Source of the DNA: an uncultured Chloroflexia bacterium
GTDB lineage: Bacteria; Chloroflexota; Limnocylindria; Limnocylindrales; CSP1-4
Length of the DNA stretch: 64,000 bases
Direction: 5' to 3'
NCBI GenBank assembly: GCA_963763775.1
Contig: CAVXPZ010000003.1
Location: 256,001-320,000, forward strand
Made by a program: the position numbers and the translations under genes. Positions 9,616-20,758 of the stretch are shown piece after piece. Numbering within the stretch: position 1 is the first letter of the stretch; every line of letters starts with the position of its first letter. A model generated the notes under the pieces. It was not told the DNA's origin and did no database searches. It saw nothing but the letters and a program-made list of their open reading frames with translations.

Positions 9616-10971
9616 GTGAGCCAGCGCACCGCGGGCCTCCTGCGGAACCCCGACTTCCTCCGTCTCTGGACCGCCGAGACGATCAGCCAGTTCGGCAGCC
9701 AGGTCAGCGGCCTGGCGATCCCACTGATCGCGGCCACCGTCCTCCAGGTCACGCCGTTCGAGTTCGGGCTGCTCGCCACGATCGAGTTCCTGCCGTTCAT
9801 CCTGCTCAGCCTGCCGGCCGGCGTCTGGGTGGACCGGCTCCGGCGACGCCCGATCCTCATCGTCGGCGACCTCGGGCGCGCGGCGGCGCTCGCGTCGCTC
9901 CCCATCGCCTTCGCGCTCGGGAGCCTGACCATCTGGCAGCTCTACATCGTCGGGTTCGTCGTCGGCTGTCTGACCGTCTTCTTCGACGTCGCCTATCAGT
10001 CCTACCTGCCGGCCCTCGTCGAGCGCGACCAGCTGGTCGAGGGCAACTCCAAGCTCGAGATCAGCCGGTCGGCGGCCGCGGTCGTCGGGCCGGGCTTCAC
10101 CGGCCTCGTGATCGGGCTGATCGGCGCCGCGACGGCGGTCGTCTTCGACGTCGTCAGCTTCGTGCTCTCCGCGTTCTTCATCTGGCGGATCCGGCGCGTG
10201 GAGCCCGACCCGACCCGCACGGCGACCGGCGAGCCCGCCGAGCCTGGCCTGGGCATGCGCCGGGAGGTCGCCGAGGGGCTCCGATACGTCCTCGGCAACC
10301 GCTATCTGCGCAGCATCGCCGCGTGTACCGGGACATCGAACCTGTTCTTCAACATGATGGGCGCGGTCCTGATCCTCTACGCCGTCCGGGAGCTCGGGAT
10401 CGGCGCGGCGGGGATCGGGTTCGTCATCTCGATCGGCGCGCTCGGGTTCCTGGCCGGCGCGTTCGCCGCGAACCGGATCGCCACCAGGATCGGCGTCGGC
10501 CCGACGATCGTGATCGCGGCGTTCCTGAGTTTCCCGGCCGCGCTGCTGATCGCCGCCGCACCGGCCGCGTCCGCGATCCCGCTCTTCGTGCTCTCGTTCA
10601 TGATCGAGGGCGTCGCCCAGGTGGTCTACAACATCAACCAGGTCAGCTTCCGACAGGCCATCACCCCGGAGCGGATGCAGGGCCGGATGAACGCGACGAT
10701 GCGGTTCGTCGTCTGGGGCACGATCCCGATCGGCTCGCTGCTCGGGGGTGCGCTCGGGGGCATCATCGGCCTGCACGAGACGATCTGGCTGGCCGCGATC
10801 GGCCAGGTCATCCCGCCCCTCTTCGTGCTGTTCAGCCCGGTCCGCAGCATCGGGGCCATGCCGGCACCCAGCGACGACGAGGGCGCAGGCCCTGGAGCGG
10901 GGGCGGGACCCGGTCCGGGCTTCGGGGCTGGGCCGATGGCGGGCGACCCGGACGCCACCGCGTCGGCCTGA
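9616..10971 (+). CDS. MFS transporter (MFS_3/DHA3-like)
   Basis: DFLRLWTAETISQFG, GVWVDRLRRR, about 12 TM segments, RMQGRMNAT. Confidence 0.93.
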   Translation: MSQRTAGLLRNPDFLRLWTAETISQFGSQVSGLAIPLIAATVLQVTPFEFGLLATIEFLPFILLSLPAGVWVDRLRRRPILIVGDLGRAAALASLPIAFALGSLTIWQLYIVGFVVGCLTVFFDVAYQSYLPALVERDQLVEGNSKLEISRSAAAVVGPGFTGLVIGLIGAATAVVFDVVSFVLSAFFIWRIRRVEPDPTRTATGEPAEPGLGMRREVAEGLRYVLGNRYLRSIAACTGTSNLFFNMMGAVLILYAVRELGIGAAGIGFVISIGALGFLAGAFAANRIATRIGVGPTIVIAAFLSFPAALLIAAAPAASAIPLFVLSFMIEGVAQVVYNINQVSFRQAITPERMQGRMNATMRFVVWGTIPIGSLLGGALGGIIGLHETIWLAAIGQVIPPLFVLFSPVRSIGAMPAPSDDEGAGPGAGAGPGPGFGAGPMAGDPDATASA

Positions 10972-11034
10972 GGGACGCGGCCGCGCCGACGGACCAGGCA
11001 GCCATCCGGCCGGGTCGGCCGGAACGACCGGAAG

Positions 11035-12695
11035 TCAGCCCTCGAGCATCGGGACGCGCACGCCGCGCTCCCGGGCGATATCGATGGCGTGCTCGTACCC
11101 GGCGTCCACGTGCCGGAGCACGCCCATCGCCGGGTCCGCGGTGAGGACCCGCTCGAGCTTCTGCGCCGCGAGCGGCGTGCCGTCCGCGACGACGACCATC
11201 CCGGCGTGCTGGCTGTACCCGATCCCGACGCCGCCGCCGTGGTGGATCGACACCCACGTCGCGCCGGCCGCGGTGTTGACCAGCGCATTGAGCAACGGCC
11301 AGTCCGCGACCGCGTCCGAGCCGTCGAGCATCGATTCGGTCTCGCGGTTGGGCGAGGCCACCGAGCCGGAGTCCAGATGGTCCCGGCCGATGACGATCGG
11401 CGCGCTGACCTCGCCGGTCCGGACGAGCTCGTTGAACGCCAGGCCGGCCTTCGCCCGCTCGCCGTAGCCGAGCCAGCAGATGCGTGCCGGGCAGACCCTG
11501 GAACGGCACGCGCGACTCGGCCATCTCGATCCAGCGATGCAGGCCGGCGTCGTCGGGGAACAGCTCGAGGACCGCGCGGTCCGTGCGGAGGATGTCGGCG
11601 GGGTCGCCCGAGAGCGCCGCCCACCGGAACGGCCCGCGGCCCTCGCAGAACTGTGGCCGGATGAACGCGGGCACGAACCCGGGGTACGCGAACGCGTCCT
11701 CGACGCCCGCCTCCTTCGCGAAGGCGCGAAGGTTGTTGCCGTAGTCGAAGACCACGGCGCCGGCGGCCTGGAAGGCCAGCATCGCGCGGACGTGGGCCGC
11801 CATCGAGCCGCGCGACCGGCGCTCGTACTCCTCGGGAAGGCGGGACCGGAGCTCGATGGCATCGGCCAGCGAGATCTCCGCGGGGACGTAGCCGCCGAGC
11901 GGGTCGTGGGCCGACGTCTGGTCGGTCACGAGGTCGAAGCGTTCGCCGGCGGCGGCCCAGGCCGGCTCGATCTCCGCGGCGTTGCCGACGAGCGCGATGC
12001 TCACGGACTCCCCGCTGGCGGCCGCCTCGCGCGCCCAGGCGAGGGCCTCGGCGGGGTCATGGGTCAGGCGGTCGACGTAGCGCGATCTCGAGCCGGCGAC
12101 GGGCCCGCGCCTCGTCGACCTCGATGGCGATGCAGACCCCGTCGTTCATCGTGACCGCGAGCGGTTGCGCACCGCCCATGCCGCCGAGCCCGGCCGTGAG
12201 CGTCACGGTGCCGCGCAGCGTCCCGCCGAAGTGCTGCCGCCCGGCCTCCGCGAAGGTCTCGAACGTGCCCTGGAGGATGCCCTGCGTCCCGATATAGATC
12301 CAGGACCCGGCGGTCATCTGGCCGTACATCATCAGGCCGCGTCGCTCGAGGTCCCGGAAGTGCTCCCAGGTCGCCCACTTGCCGACGAGGTTCGAGTTCG
12401 CGATCAGCACGCGCGGCGCCCACGGGTGGGTCCGCAGCACGCCGACGGGCTTGCCGGATTGCACGAGCAGCGTCTCGTCGTCCTCGAGCCGGCGCAGCTC
12501 GCGGACGATCGCGTCGAAGGCGTCCCACGATCGGGCCGCCCGGCCGGTGCCGCCGTAGACGACGAGGTGGTCCGGGTCCTCCGCGACCTCCGGGTCGAGG
12601 TTGTTCATCAGCATCCGGAGCGCCGCTTCCTGCTGCCAGCCGCGGCAGGAGAGCTCGGTGCCGCGGGGGGCTCGGACAGGTCGAGGACCGGACAT
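11035..12695 (-). CDS. hutU: Urocanate hydratase (apparent frameshifts near 12080 and 11490)
   Basis: [60 protein letters not shown]. Confidence 0.97.
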
Positions 12696-12718
12696 GCGGA
12701 GAGCCTAGCCGACCGGGC

Positions 12719-13402
12719 CTACGGTCGGAGACCGGCCACGACGCCCTCGCCGAGCCGGCCCGAGCCGACCGCGATGATCGACACCAGGACGTCGTCGTCC
12801 CGGTGCAGGTGGTAGGTGGTGGCGCCACCGGCGCACGAGCCGACATGGACCTCGGCCGTGCCGATCGTCCGGACCGTCTCCGCCCCGGTCACGCCGCCCG
12901 CGGCCTCGCAGGCCGAGCTGTCGTAGTCGCTCCGCCAGCGGTCGAAGAACGCGTCGGAGAAGACCCCGGGCCGGAGGCGGACGAGGCTGACGACGGCGAG
13001 ATCGTCCCCGCTCGAGTCGCCCGGCCCGACATAGCGGGCGATCGCGACGGCCGAGGCCGACGCGGCGAGATCCGGGTTCGAGACGAGCGAGGCGGCCGTG
13101 ACCGGGTCGCCCTCCATCTCGACGGCGCCGACGGTCGGCGGGAGGATGTCCAGCAGTCCGGCATCGACGACGAGGCCGGGCCCGGCCGAGACCGAGGCCG
13201 ACACCACCGGCGTCGGCGCGGCGCTCGAGGACGGCGAGGCCAGCCCCGCCGTCGACTCGACGGCCGTCGCGGCCACGGTCGGCGTCGGCGCCGGCTCGAC
13301 GGCGGTCGGCGGGCTCGCCGTCGGTGGCGTCACGCCACAGCCCGCCGCGATCAGCGCGAGCCCGATGAGCCACGAGCATGGCCGGACGCGCGAGCGGGTC
13401 AC
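12719..13402 (-). CDS. Hypothetical lipoprotein
   Basis: Lipobox LIAAGC, P/T-rich linker, C-terminal domain with two Cys; GTGA overlap with the upstream stop. Confidence 0.7.
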   Translation of the reverse strand: MTRSRVRPCSWLIGLALIAAGCGVTPPTASPPTAVEPAPTPTVAATAVESTAGLASPSSSAAPTPVVSASVSAGPGLVVDAGLLDILPPTVGAVEMEGDPVTAASLVSNPDLAASASAVAIARYVGPGDSSGDDLAVVSLVRLRPGVFSDAFFDRWRSDYDSSACEAAGGVTGAETVRTIGTAEVHVGSCAGGATTYHLHRDDDVLVSIIAVGSGRLGEGVVAGLRP

Positions 13403-14178
13403 CCGAGCTCGCGGCGCATGACGGGGAACCGCGGGTCGTCGACGGCGCGCTCGAACCCCGCGGCCTCCCAGAAGGCGGGCGTGGCGGCACTCGTGGCGTC
13501 GGGCCGTGCCGCGGCCTCCGGGTAGGCCTCGACCGCGGCGAACCCGCGAGTTTCCAGGTCGTCGCAGATGGCCGCCACGAGCCGAAGCCCGAGTCCACGG
13601 CCACGAGCCGCGGCCGTCGTCGCGACGCAGGTGATGACCGCGGGCAGCGGCGAGTCGGGGAGTTGCGGATAGAGGTCGCGGGTCCGCTGGGCGCGCGGAT
13701 ACGCGGTCAGCGGCCCGAACTGGCCGTAGACCGCGGCCTCGCCGTCGACCGAGAGGACCTTCGCGTAACTCCCCACCACGGCCAGCCCGCGAGACAGCAG
13801 TTGCAGCTTCCGTGGAGCCCCTGGGTCGACGACCGGGTCGCTGGCGGCGGCCGGCGCGAACGGGTTGGGCAGCGTTTCGCGATCGTCGTCGAGGAACGGG
13901 TTCAGGACGGTCGGACCGGCCGAGGGCGCGAACGGGTTGACGGCCGGAGGAGCCGGCCGCTCGGCGAGGAACGGGTTGTCGGCCGCGCCGTGTGCGGCCG
14001 ACTCGGTAGCGGGCCGCGGCTTTGGCGGCTCGAGCCACGCGAGCCGCGACGCCTTGGAGCCGCGATCGGCGTCCTCCCAGTGGTCGCAGGTCCGGTGGTC
14101 GAACCCGGGATCGGCGCATGGCGGGATGCGCCGGAAACCGGCCTCGTCGATCACGTCCTCGATGCGGATCTCGACCAT
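13399..14178 (-). CDS. GNAT-family acetyltransferase-like protein with an NPF-repeat insertion
   Basis: C-terminal 'VITCVATTAAARGRGLGLRLV...VEAYP...FWEAAGF' acetyl-CoA-binding motif. Confidence 0.75.
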   Translation of the reverse strand: MVEIRIEDVIDEAGFRRIPPCADPGFDHRTCDHWEDADRGSKASRLAWLEPPKPRPATESAAHGAADNPFLAERPAPPAVNPFAPSAGPTVLNPFLDDDRETLPNPFAPAAASDPVVDPGAPRKLQLLSRGLAVVGSYAKVLSVDGEAAVYGQFGPLTAYPRAQRTRDLYPQLPDSPLPAVITCVATTAAARGRGLGLRLVAAICDDLETRGFAAVEAYPEAAARPDATSAATPAFWEAAGFERAVDDPRFPVMRRELG

Positions 14179-14360
14179 CGCAGGGCTGAGTCTACGGCTC
14201 GAGCGTGCTCGCAACGGGCTCCGACGGCTCTCGGCACGCCGATGAACGGTGTTGACGGGTGGCGACAGTGTTGACCGAGTGCCACAATCGGTTTGCTAGA
14301 GTCCGCCGACGTGGAACGTGTCCTCGGGGTACACGGCCCGCAGCTCGGGGAAGGGAACGC

Positions 14361-14993
14361 ATGTACATGGCGACGTCGCCGAAGGATGCGTACGCGGTCC
14401 TGGGGGTCGACCCCGCGGCTGACGACGCCACCATCGCTGCGGCTTACCGGGTCCTGGCACGTCGGTTCCATCCGGACATCGCCGGTGAATCGGCCACCCG
14501 CCGCATGATGCGCATCAACGCGGCTTGGGACATGTTGCGCAGTCCGACGCGGCGGGAAGCCTACGATCAGGAGCTGGCGGAGGTCGATCCCGCGCGTGCG
14601 GCCGCCGCCCGACGCCGTCCGTACCGGGCGAGGCCCGCGTCCTGGGGCCACGAGCGACCCTCCGGGTCGAGTGCCGCCTCCTCCACCCGGACCGATGGCG
14701 CCGGCACGACCGGCGCCGCTGGGTCCTGGACCCCCGAACGACCGTCGCAACGCGATGGCACCGGTGCGGCGGGTCGCCCGCCGGGCCGACCGTCCGGGAC
14801 CGTGCTGCCGTTCGGGCGCCATCTCGGCTGGTCGCTCGGGGAGATCGCCCGCGTGGACCCCGGCTACCTGGTCTGGCTCGAGGAGCGCCCGGAAGGCCGC
14901 CCGTATCTCGAGGAGATCGACGGGATCCTCCGGCGCAGCGGCTTCCGCACGAACGCCGAGCCCGAGAAGAAGAAGGGCCGGTTCGGCCGCTAG
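14361..14993 (+). CDS. DnaJ-domain protein with a C-terminal DUF3820-like module
   Basis: DAYAVLGV...RFHPD...INAAW J-domain; C-terminal LPFGRHLGWSLGEIARVDPGYLVWL. Confidence 0.85.
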   Translation: MYMATSPKDAYAVLGVDPAADDATIAAAYRVLARRFHPDIAGESATRRMMRINAAWDMLRSPTRREAYDQELAEVDPARAAAARRRPYRARPASWGHERPSGSSAASSTRTDGAGTTGAAGSWTPERPSQRDGTGAAGRPPGRPSGTVLPFGRHLGWSLGEIARVDPGYLVWLEERPEGRPYLEEIDGILRRSGFRTNAEPEKKKGRFGR

Positions 14994-15015
14994 TCGCTGA
15001 GCGCCGGTTCGGCCG

Positions 15016-16638
15016 CTAGGGGCCCGCGAGATCGGCCAGGGTCCCGCCGTGGACCAGGTCGAAGGCGGCCGCGAGATCCGGACCGGGCTCCCGGTCCTCC
15101 TCGAGGTGCGTGACGACGGCCCGCACGCGAGCCCGCGCCTCGCGGACGCCCTCGCCTGGCTCGACCGGCGCTCCGACCGTGCCCACCATCGCGAGCCGCA
15201 GGTCGAGCGCCTGGGTCGCCACCAGCAGCTCGATGGCCACGATCCGCTCGACGCCCTCGAGGACGCGGCGGGCGTGCCGCGCGCTCGTCGCCCCCATCGA
15301 GACGTGGTCTTCCTGGTTGGCGCTGGTCGGGATCGAATCGGCCGACGACGGATGGGCCAGCGTCTTGTGCTCCGACGCGAGGGCGGCCGCCGTGTACTGG
15401 TAGATCATCATCCCCGAGTCGATCCCCGATGACGCCGCGAGGAACGGCGGCAGCCCGCCGTTCAGGCGCTGATCGACAAGCAGCGCGGTCCGCCGCTCGC
15501 TGATCGACCCGAGCTCCGCGACCGCCAGCTTGGCGAAGTCGAGCGCCAGGGCGATCGGCTCGCCGTGGAAGTTCCCGCCGCTGATCACGCGTCCGCCGCC
15601 CGTGGCCAAGGTGTCGGCCGCGGCGACCCCGCCGCCCGAGAAGACGAGCGGGTTGTCCGTGGCGGAATTCAGCTCGATGTCGAGGACGCGTCGCAGGTGG
15701 TCGAGCGCGTCGCGGACGGCGCCGTGGACCTGCGGTACGCAACGCAAGGAGTACGGGTCCTGGACCTTGTGCGCCGAGGCGTGATGGCTGTGTTGCAGGT
15801 CGCTGTCGCGAAGGAGGTGGCGCAGCTGGGCGGCGACCGCGATCTGTCCGGGATGGGGACGAGCCAGCTGGTACGCGGCCGCGAACGCGACGTCCGTCCC
15901 GAGCAGGGCCTCGACGCTGATCGCCGCGGCCACGGACGCGGTGCGGACCAGCCTGTCGGCGTCCGCGAGCAGCAACGCCCCGATCGCGCTCATGAGCTGG
16001 GTCCCGTTGAGGAGGGCCAGGCCCTCCTTGGCCTGCAGGTCCAGGGGCTCGAGCCCTGTCTCGCGGAGGGCGATCAGTGACGGCACGACCTGGCCGTGGA
16101 ACTCCACCTGGCCGCGGCCGATGAGCGGCAGGGCGAGATGCGCGAGTGGCGCGAGGTCCCCGGACGCCCCGACGCTCCCCTGCTCCGGGACCACCGGATG
16201 GATGCCGAGCGCCAGGAATTCGAGCAATCGGTCGACGATCAGCGGCCGACAGCCGCTATGCCCGAGGGCGAGCGTGTTCGCGCGGAGGAGCAGCATCGCG
16301 CGGACGACCTCCTGCGCGAAGGCCGGGCCGACGCCGGCCGCGTGGCTCATCAACAGCCGTCGCTGGAGCTCCGCGGATCGCTCCGGTGGGACGAAGGTCG
16401 TGGCCAGGTCGCCGAACCCGGTCGTCACGCCATAGACGACCGCGCCCTCGGCCACGAGGGATTCGATGACGTCGCGCGCCTCCTGCATCCGCTCGCGCGC
16501 GTGGACGTCGAGCGCGGCTCGCACGCCGTGCCGGGCGACGGCCTCGACGTCCGCGACGGTCAGGTCCGCCCCGGTGAGGACGACCTGGTCGACCCCTCCA
16601 CGGTCCGGGTAGAAGTGCGGGACCTCCGGCTCACTCAC
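15016..16638 (-). CDS. hutH: Histidine ammonia-lyase
   Basis: VYGVTTGFG, GSVGASGDLAPLAH (MIO), KEGLALLNGT, QDPYSLRC, SGGNFHG, NQEDHVSM. Confidence 0.97.
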   Translation of the reverse strand: MSEPEVPHFYPDRGGVDQVVLTGADLTVADVEAVARHGVRAALDVHARERMQEARDVIESLVAEGAVVYGVTTGFGDLATTFVPPERSAELQRRLLMSHAAGVGPAFAQEVVRAMLLLRANTLALGHSGCRPLIVDRLLEFLALGIHPVVPEQGSVGASGDLAPLAHLALPLIGRGQVEFHGQVVPSLIALRETGLEPLDLQAKEGLALLNGTQLMSAIGALLLADADRLVRTASVAAAISVEALLGTDVAFAAAYQLARPHPGQIAVAAQLRHLLRDSDLQHSHHASAHKVQDPYSLRCVPQVHGAVRDALDHLRRVLDIELNSATDNPLVFSGGGVAAADTLATGGGRVISGGNFHGEPIALALDFAKLAVAELGSISERRTALLVDQRLNGGLPPFLAASSGIDSGMMIYQYTAAALASEHKTLAHPSSADSIPTSANQEDHVSMGATSARHARRVLEGVERIVAIELLVATQALDLRLAMVGTVGAPVEPGEGVREARARVRAVVTHLEEDREPGPDLAAAFDLVHGGTLADLAGP

Positions 16639-16697
16639 CGGTCCGAGGATAGTCGGCTATCCTCGCCGGTGCCCGCCCACCCCACCATGAGGCCTGC

Positions 16698-17376
16698 GTG
16701 CTCGCGTTCATCGACCAGATCGTCATCCCGTTCCTGAACAACCTGTACGGCGCCGTCGGCTACGTCGGCGTCATGCTCGCGATGGCGATCGAATCCGCGA
16801 TGGTCCCGCTCCCGTCGGAGCTGATCCTGCCGTACGCCGGCTTCCTGGTCTCCGACCCGACCCAGATCGAGCCGCTGACCGGGGCGGCGTGGAACTTCTG
16901 GGTCGTCGTGGTCGTTCGCGACGATCGGCAACACGATCGGCTCGCTCATCGCCTACGCCATCGGGGCGTACGGCGGCCGGCCGTTCCTCGAGCGGTACGG
17001 GAAGTACCTGTTGATCCGCCAGCACGAGATCGACCTCGCCGACCGCTTCTTCCGAGACCACGGCAATGCCACGGTCTTCATCGGCCGACTGCTGCCGATC
17101 GTGCGGACCTTCATCAGCTTCCCCGCCGGCGTGGCGCGGATGCGACTCGCGCCGTTCATCCTCTACTCGACGGCCGGCGCGTTCCTCTGGTCGACGATCC
17201 TCGTCTACGCCGGGACGCTCCTCGGCGACAACTGGGTGGACATCCGCCACGCGCTCCAGCCGTTCGACCTGCTGATCGCGGTCGGCGTGGTCGCCTTGGT
17301 CCTCGGGTTCATCTGGTGGCGGGTCGGGATGCCCGGCAAGCCCGGCCGTTCGAAGCCGACCGAGGGCGAGCCCTAA
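16698..17376 (+). CDS. DedA family membrane protein (apparent frameshift near 16915)
   Basis: MAIESAMVPLPSELILPYAG; GRLLPIVRTFISFPAG. Confidence 0.92.
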
Positions 17377-17492
17377 GGCTGCCTGCGGACCAGCTCCGGC
17401 GGACCTAAGGGTCCTGCCGATTTCGGACGACCACCCCTTAGAGGCATCGTCATCCCATCGAACCGAGCCACACGGATCGGTCGGACGGGAGC

Positions 17493-17681
17493 ATGACGAT
17501 GAACGACACCGGACGGATGGCCCTCCTCCTCCACGACGGACACCGCGAGGCCGATCGCCATCATGCCGACGAATGGCGCCGCGCCCAGGCGAAGCTCGAT
17601 GCGTCGCCGCTGCAGAAGATCGACTCGACACCGCGCCGGTCGGTCGCCTGGATCCTTCGGCTCACCGCTCGCCACGCCTAA
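17493..17681 (+). CDS. Hypothetical 62-aa protein
   Basis: GGGAG RBS-like sequence before the ATG; lies directly upstream of the LuxR-STAND gene. Confidence 0.55.
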   Translation: MTMNDTGRMALLLHDGHREADRHHADEWRRAQAKLDASPLQKIDSTPRRSVAWILRLTARHA

Positions 17682-17734
17682 GCGTCGGCGTCGGGGGCCG
17701 CGCAAGATCGTTGTCGCCAAGACAGGCGAAGTCC

Positions 17735-20700
17735 ATGATCGGCGGCGTGACCCGCCGTGGCAGCAGCCCGGTCTTCGTCGGGCGTCGCGAGGAACTCGAT
17801 CGGCTCGCGGCGGCCTATGCCCGCGCGACCGAGGGTCGGCCGTCGATGGTGCTGATCGCCGGCGAGGCGGGAGTCGGCAAGAGCCGACTCGTGGCGGAGC
17901 TCGTGAGCGCGGTCGGCGAGGCGGGCGGCTCAGCGGCGATCGGCGGATGCCTCGATCTGGGTGAAGGTGGCCTGCCCTATGCCCCGTTCACGGAGGCGCT
18001 CCGGATCATCCATCGATCGTCGGATGCGGCAGCGGTCGACGAGGTGTTCGGTCCAGCGGCCGCCGCCCTCTCGACCCTCATCCCCGAGCTGTCGTCGCTG
18101 GCCTCGAACCCGGCCGAGAGCCGATCCGACCCGACGGGTCGAACGGCGCGATTGTTCGACGCGGTCATCGGGACGCTCGGCCGGCGCGCCGCATCACAGC
18201 CACTCGTGCTCGTGCTCGAGGACATCCATTGGGCCGACGGGTCGACCCGCGACCTGATCCGATTCCTGGTGCGCAACGTCCGCGGCGAACGGCTCCTGAT
18301 GGTGGCGACGTACCGCAGCGACGACCTGCATCGGCGACATCCGCTCATGCCGCTGCTCGCTGAGCTCGATCGATCGGAGGCGGTCGAGCGCCTCGAGCTG
18401 CCGCGGTTCGGTCTCGCCGAGTTGCGCGACCAGCTCGGCGGCGATCCTGGGCCAGGCCCCGGCGTCGGAGGTCGTGGCCACCATGCTCCAGCGCTCGGAC
18501 GGCATCCCGTTCTACGTCGAAGAGCTGGTCGGTCCGGGAGGACGACGACGCTCGATCCCTCCCGACGTCGCTGCGAGACATCCTCGTCCAGCGCCTGGCA
18601 AGGCTGTCCAGCGGATCGTCGGACGTCATCCGGGCGGCATCGGTCATCGGAGGGCGTTGCTCGCACGATCGCCTCGCGGCCGTCGTCGAGATGGATCACG
18701 AAGACCTCATCCACGCCATTCGCGACGCGATCGACGCCGGGATCCTGGTATCGGCCGACGATGCCGGCGGGCCTGGCTATACCTTCCGCCACGCGCTCCT
18801 GCGCGAGGCCGCGTACGACGATCTCCTTCCCGCGGAGCGGGTCGCGCTTGCATGCTCGGGTCGCCGATGTCCTCGAGTCGTTGCCGGCGGTCGATCAGGA
18901 CGTCGACCCAGCCATGATCACCGACTTCGCGGTCCATGCGTACCTGGCTCACGATCAGCCAAGGGCCCTCGATGGAGCCGTCAGGGCGATGGCTATCCTC
19001 ATCCATGCCGCAGCGTTCCGCGAGGCGCTCGCCCACGCGGAGCGCGCGCTCGAGCTTTGGCCACGAGTGGACGGGGCGGCCGAACGCACGGGCGTGGATC
19101 GCGTGGGCCTGCTCTCGCTGGCGGCACGAACCGCCGGCAATGCTGGTGACATCACGGCCGCCGTCGCGTTCGCAAGGATCGCCGTCGACGAGGTCAGCGA
19201 CGACGACACGCCTGAACGGCTGGCCGGATTGCTCACGGACCTCTGGGTCGCCGCCTGGGAGGCCGATGACACCGATCTTGCGCGATCGGCCGCCGAACGC
19301 GCCCTGGTCATCGTCGACCCATTGCCGCCGACGAGTCTCAAGGCTCGAGTCCTGCTCCAGGCCGGTAGCGATCGATGGACCGCTGGCGATCACCGCGCCG
19401 CCATCACGCTCTACGAAGCGTCCATGGCCATCGCGACCGAGCTCGGCGATGCCGCGGCGTGGGTGATCGCCGCCAGTCCCCCTTGCGCATTCGCTGGCCA
19501 ACCTGGCACGACCCGGACGGGCGGCCGTCCTCGTCGACCGAGCGCAGGCGATGTCGATCCCGTTCGATGGGACGGTCTGGCCGTTCTGGGTGGCGGTCGA
19601 CCAGGGCATGGTCCTCTGGTTCTCCGGCCGATTCGAGGACTCGCGGCGCACCTTCGAGAACGCCTCCGAGGCCGCCATCCGCTACGGTCTCGACGATCGA
19701 CTCGGTCCGTGGCTCATCCCGACGGACGCCATGTTGGAACTGGGCCTCTACCACGACCTCGAGGTCCGGCTCGAGCAGACACGTGCGAGCTCGATGCTCG
19801 ACCATCGTTTGCTCGGCGTAGCCTCGTTCCTGACCAGACTTCACGTCGCGCGGGGTCGGTTCGACGAGGCTCGAGAGATCATCGCCAGACGGCCGGATCC
19901 GGGAGGGACCGGCATTCGGATCTGGCAGATCGAAGCAGACCTCCTGCTCGCTCGGGCCGAAGGCCGGTTCGAGGACATCCGCTCGGGGGTCGACGAGGCG
20001 CGGGCCCTGTCGAAGAGTGGTGACATCGACGGGGCCATGTGGTTCATCTTCGGCGTCGGGATCGGCGGCGCGGCGGATCGGTCGGTCGTTGCTCGGCAGC
20101 GTCGCCAGGACAGCGAGGCCGACGAGAACGCCGCCTTGGCCCAGGCCTGGTTCGACGAGCTGGGCGTCCTTGCCGAGCAAGCCCGGAGCGACGGAGGAGC
20201 GGGCCCCTTCTTCGAGGCCATCCTCACGACGGCCGAGGCGGAGTTCGGTCGAGCGCAGGGTACCTCGTCAAGTACCGCATGGGCGTCGGCGGTCGACCGC
20301 TGGCACGCCCTGTCGCACCCTTGGCAGACGGCCTACGCACGACTTCGTCTTGCGGAAGCGATCCTCGATGTCAGCGGGGATCGAGATGCGGCGACGCTCC
20401 TGCTACGAGACGCGGACCGTGGCGCAGCGTCGATCGGCGCTCCGCCGTTGGAGGGGATGATCGCGTCGGTCGCCGGGCGGGCGAGGATCACCCTGAGGGC
20501 GCCTTCGGCGCCCGAGCCTCAAGCCGCGGCATCGACGGGCGATGCGCGACCGAGCCTGACCGCGCGCGAGCGCGACGTCCTGCGGCTCGTCGCCGCCGGT
20601 CACACGAACCGCGAGATCGGCGACCAGCTGTTCATCAGCGAGAAGACGGTCAGCGTCCACGTCTCGAACGCGATGGCCAAGCTCGGCGCGTTGTCGCGGT

Positions 20701-20742
20701 ATGAGGCGGCGGCGGCCGCGCAGGGGCGAGGGCCTGCTCTGA
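17735..20742 (+). CDS. LuxR-family STAND regulator (AAA_16 ATPase, TPR-like region, C-terminal LuxR HTH); several apparent frameshifts
   Basis: FVGRREEL, GEAGVGKS, LEDIHWAD, FRHALLREA, LTARERDVLRLVAAGHTNREIGDQLFISEKTVSVHVS. Confidence 0.9.
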
Positions 20743-20758
20743 GGCAGCCGCGCGGTGT

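Noticed and set aside
14259-14285. CIRCE (HrcA) element upstream of the J-domain gene
   Set aside because: Only the right half (GAGTGCCA) matches; the left half GTGGCGACA is too divergent
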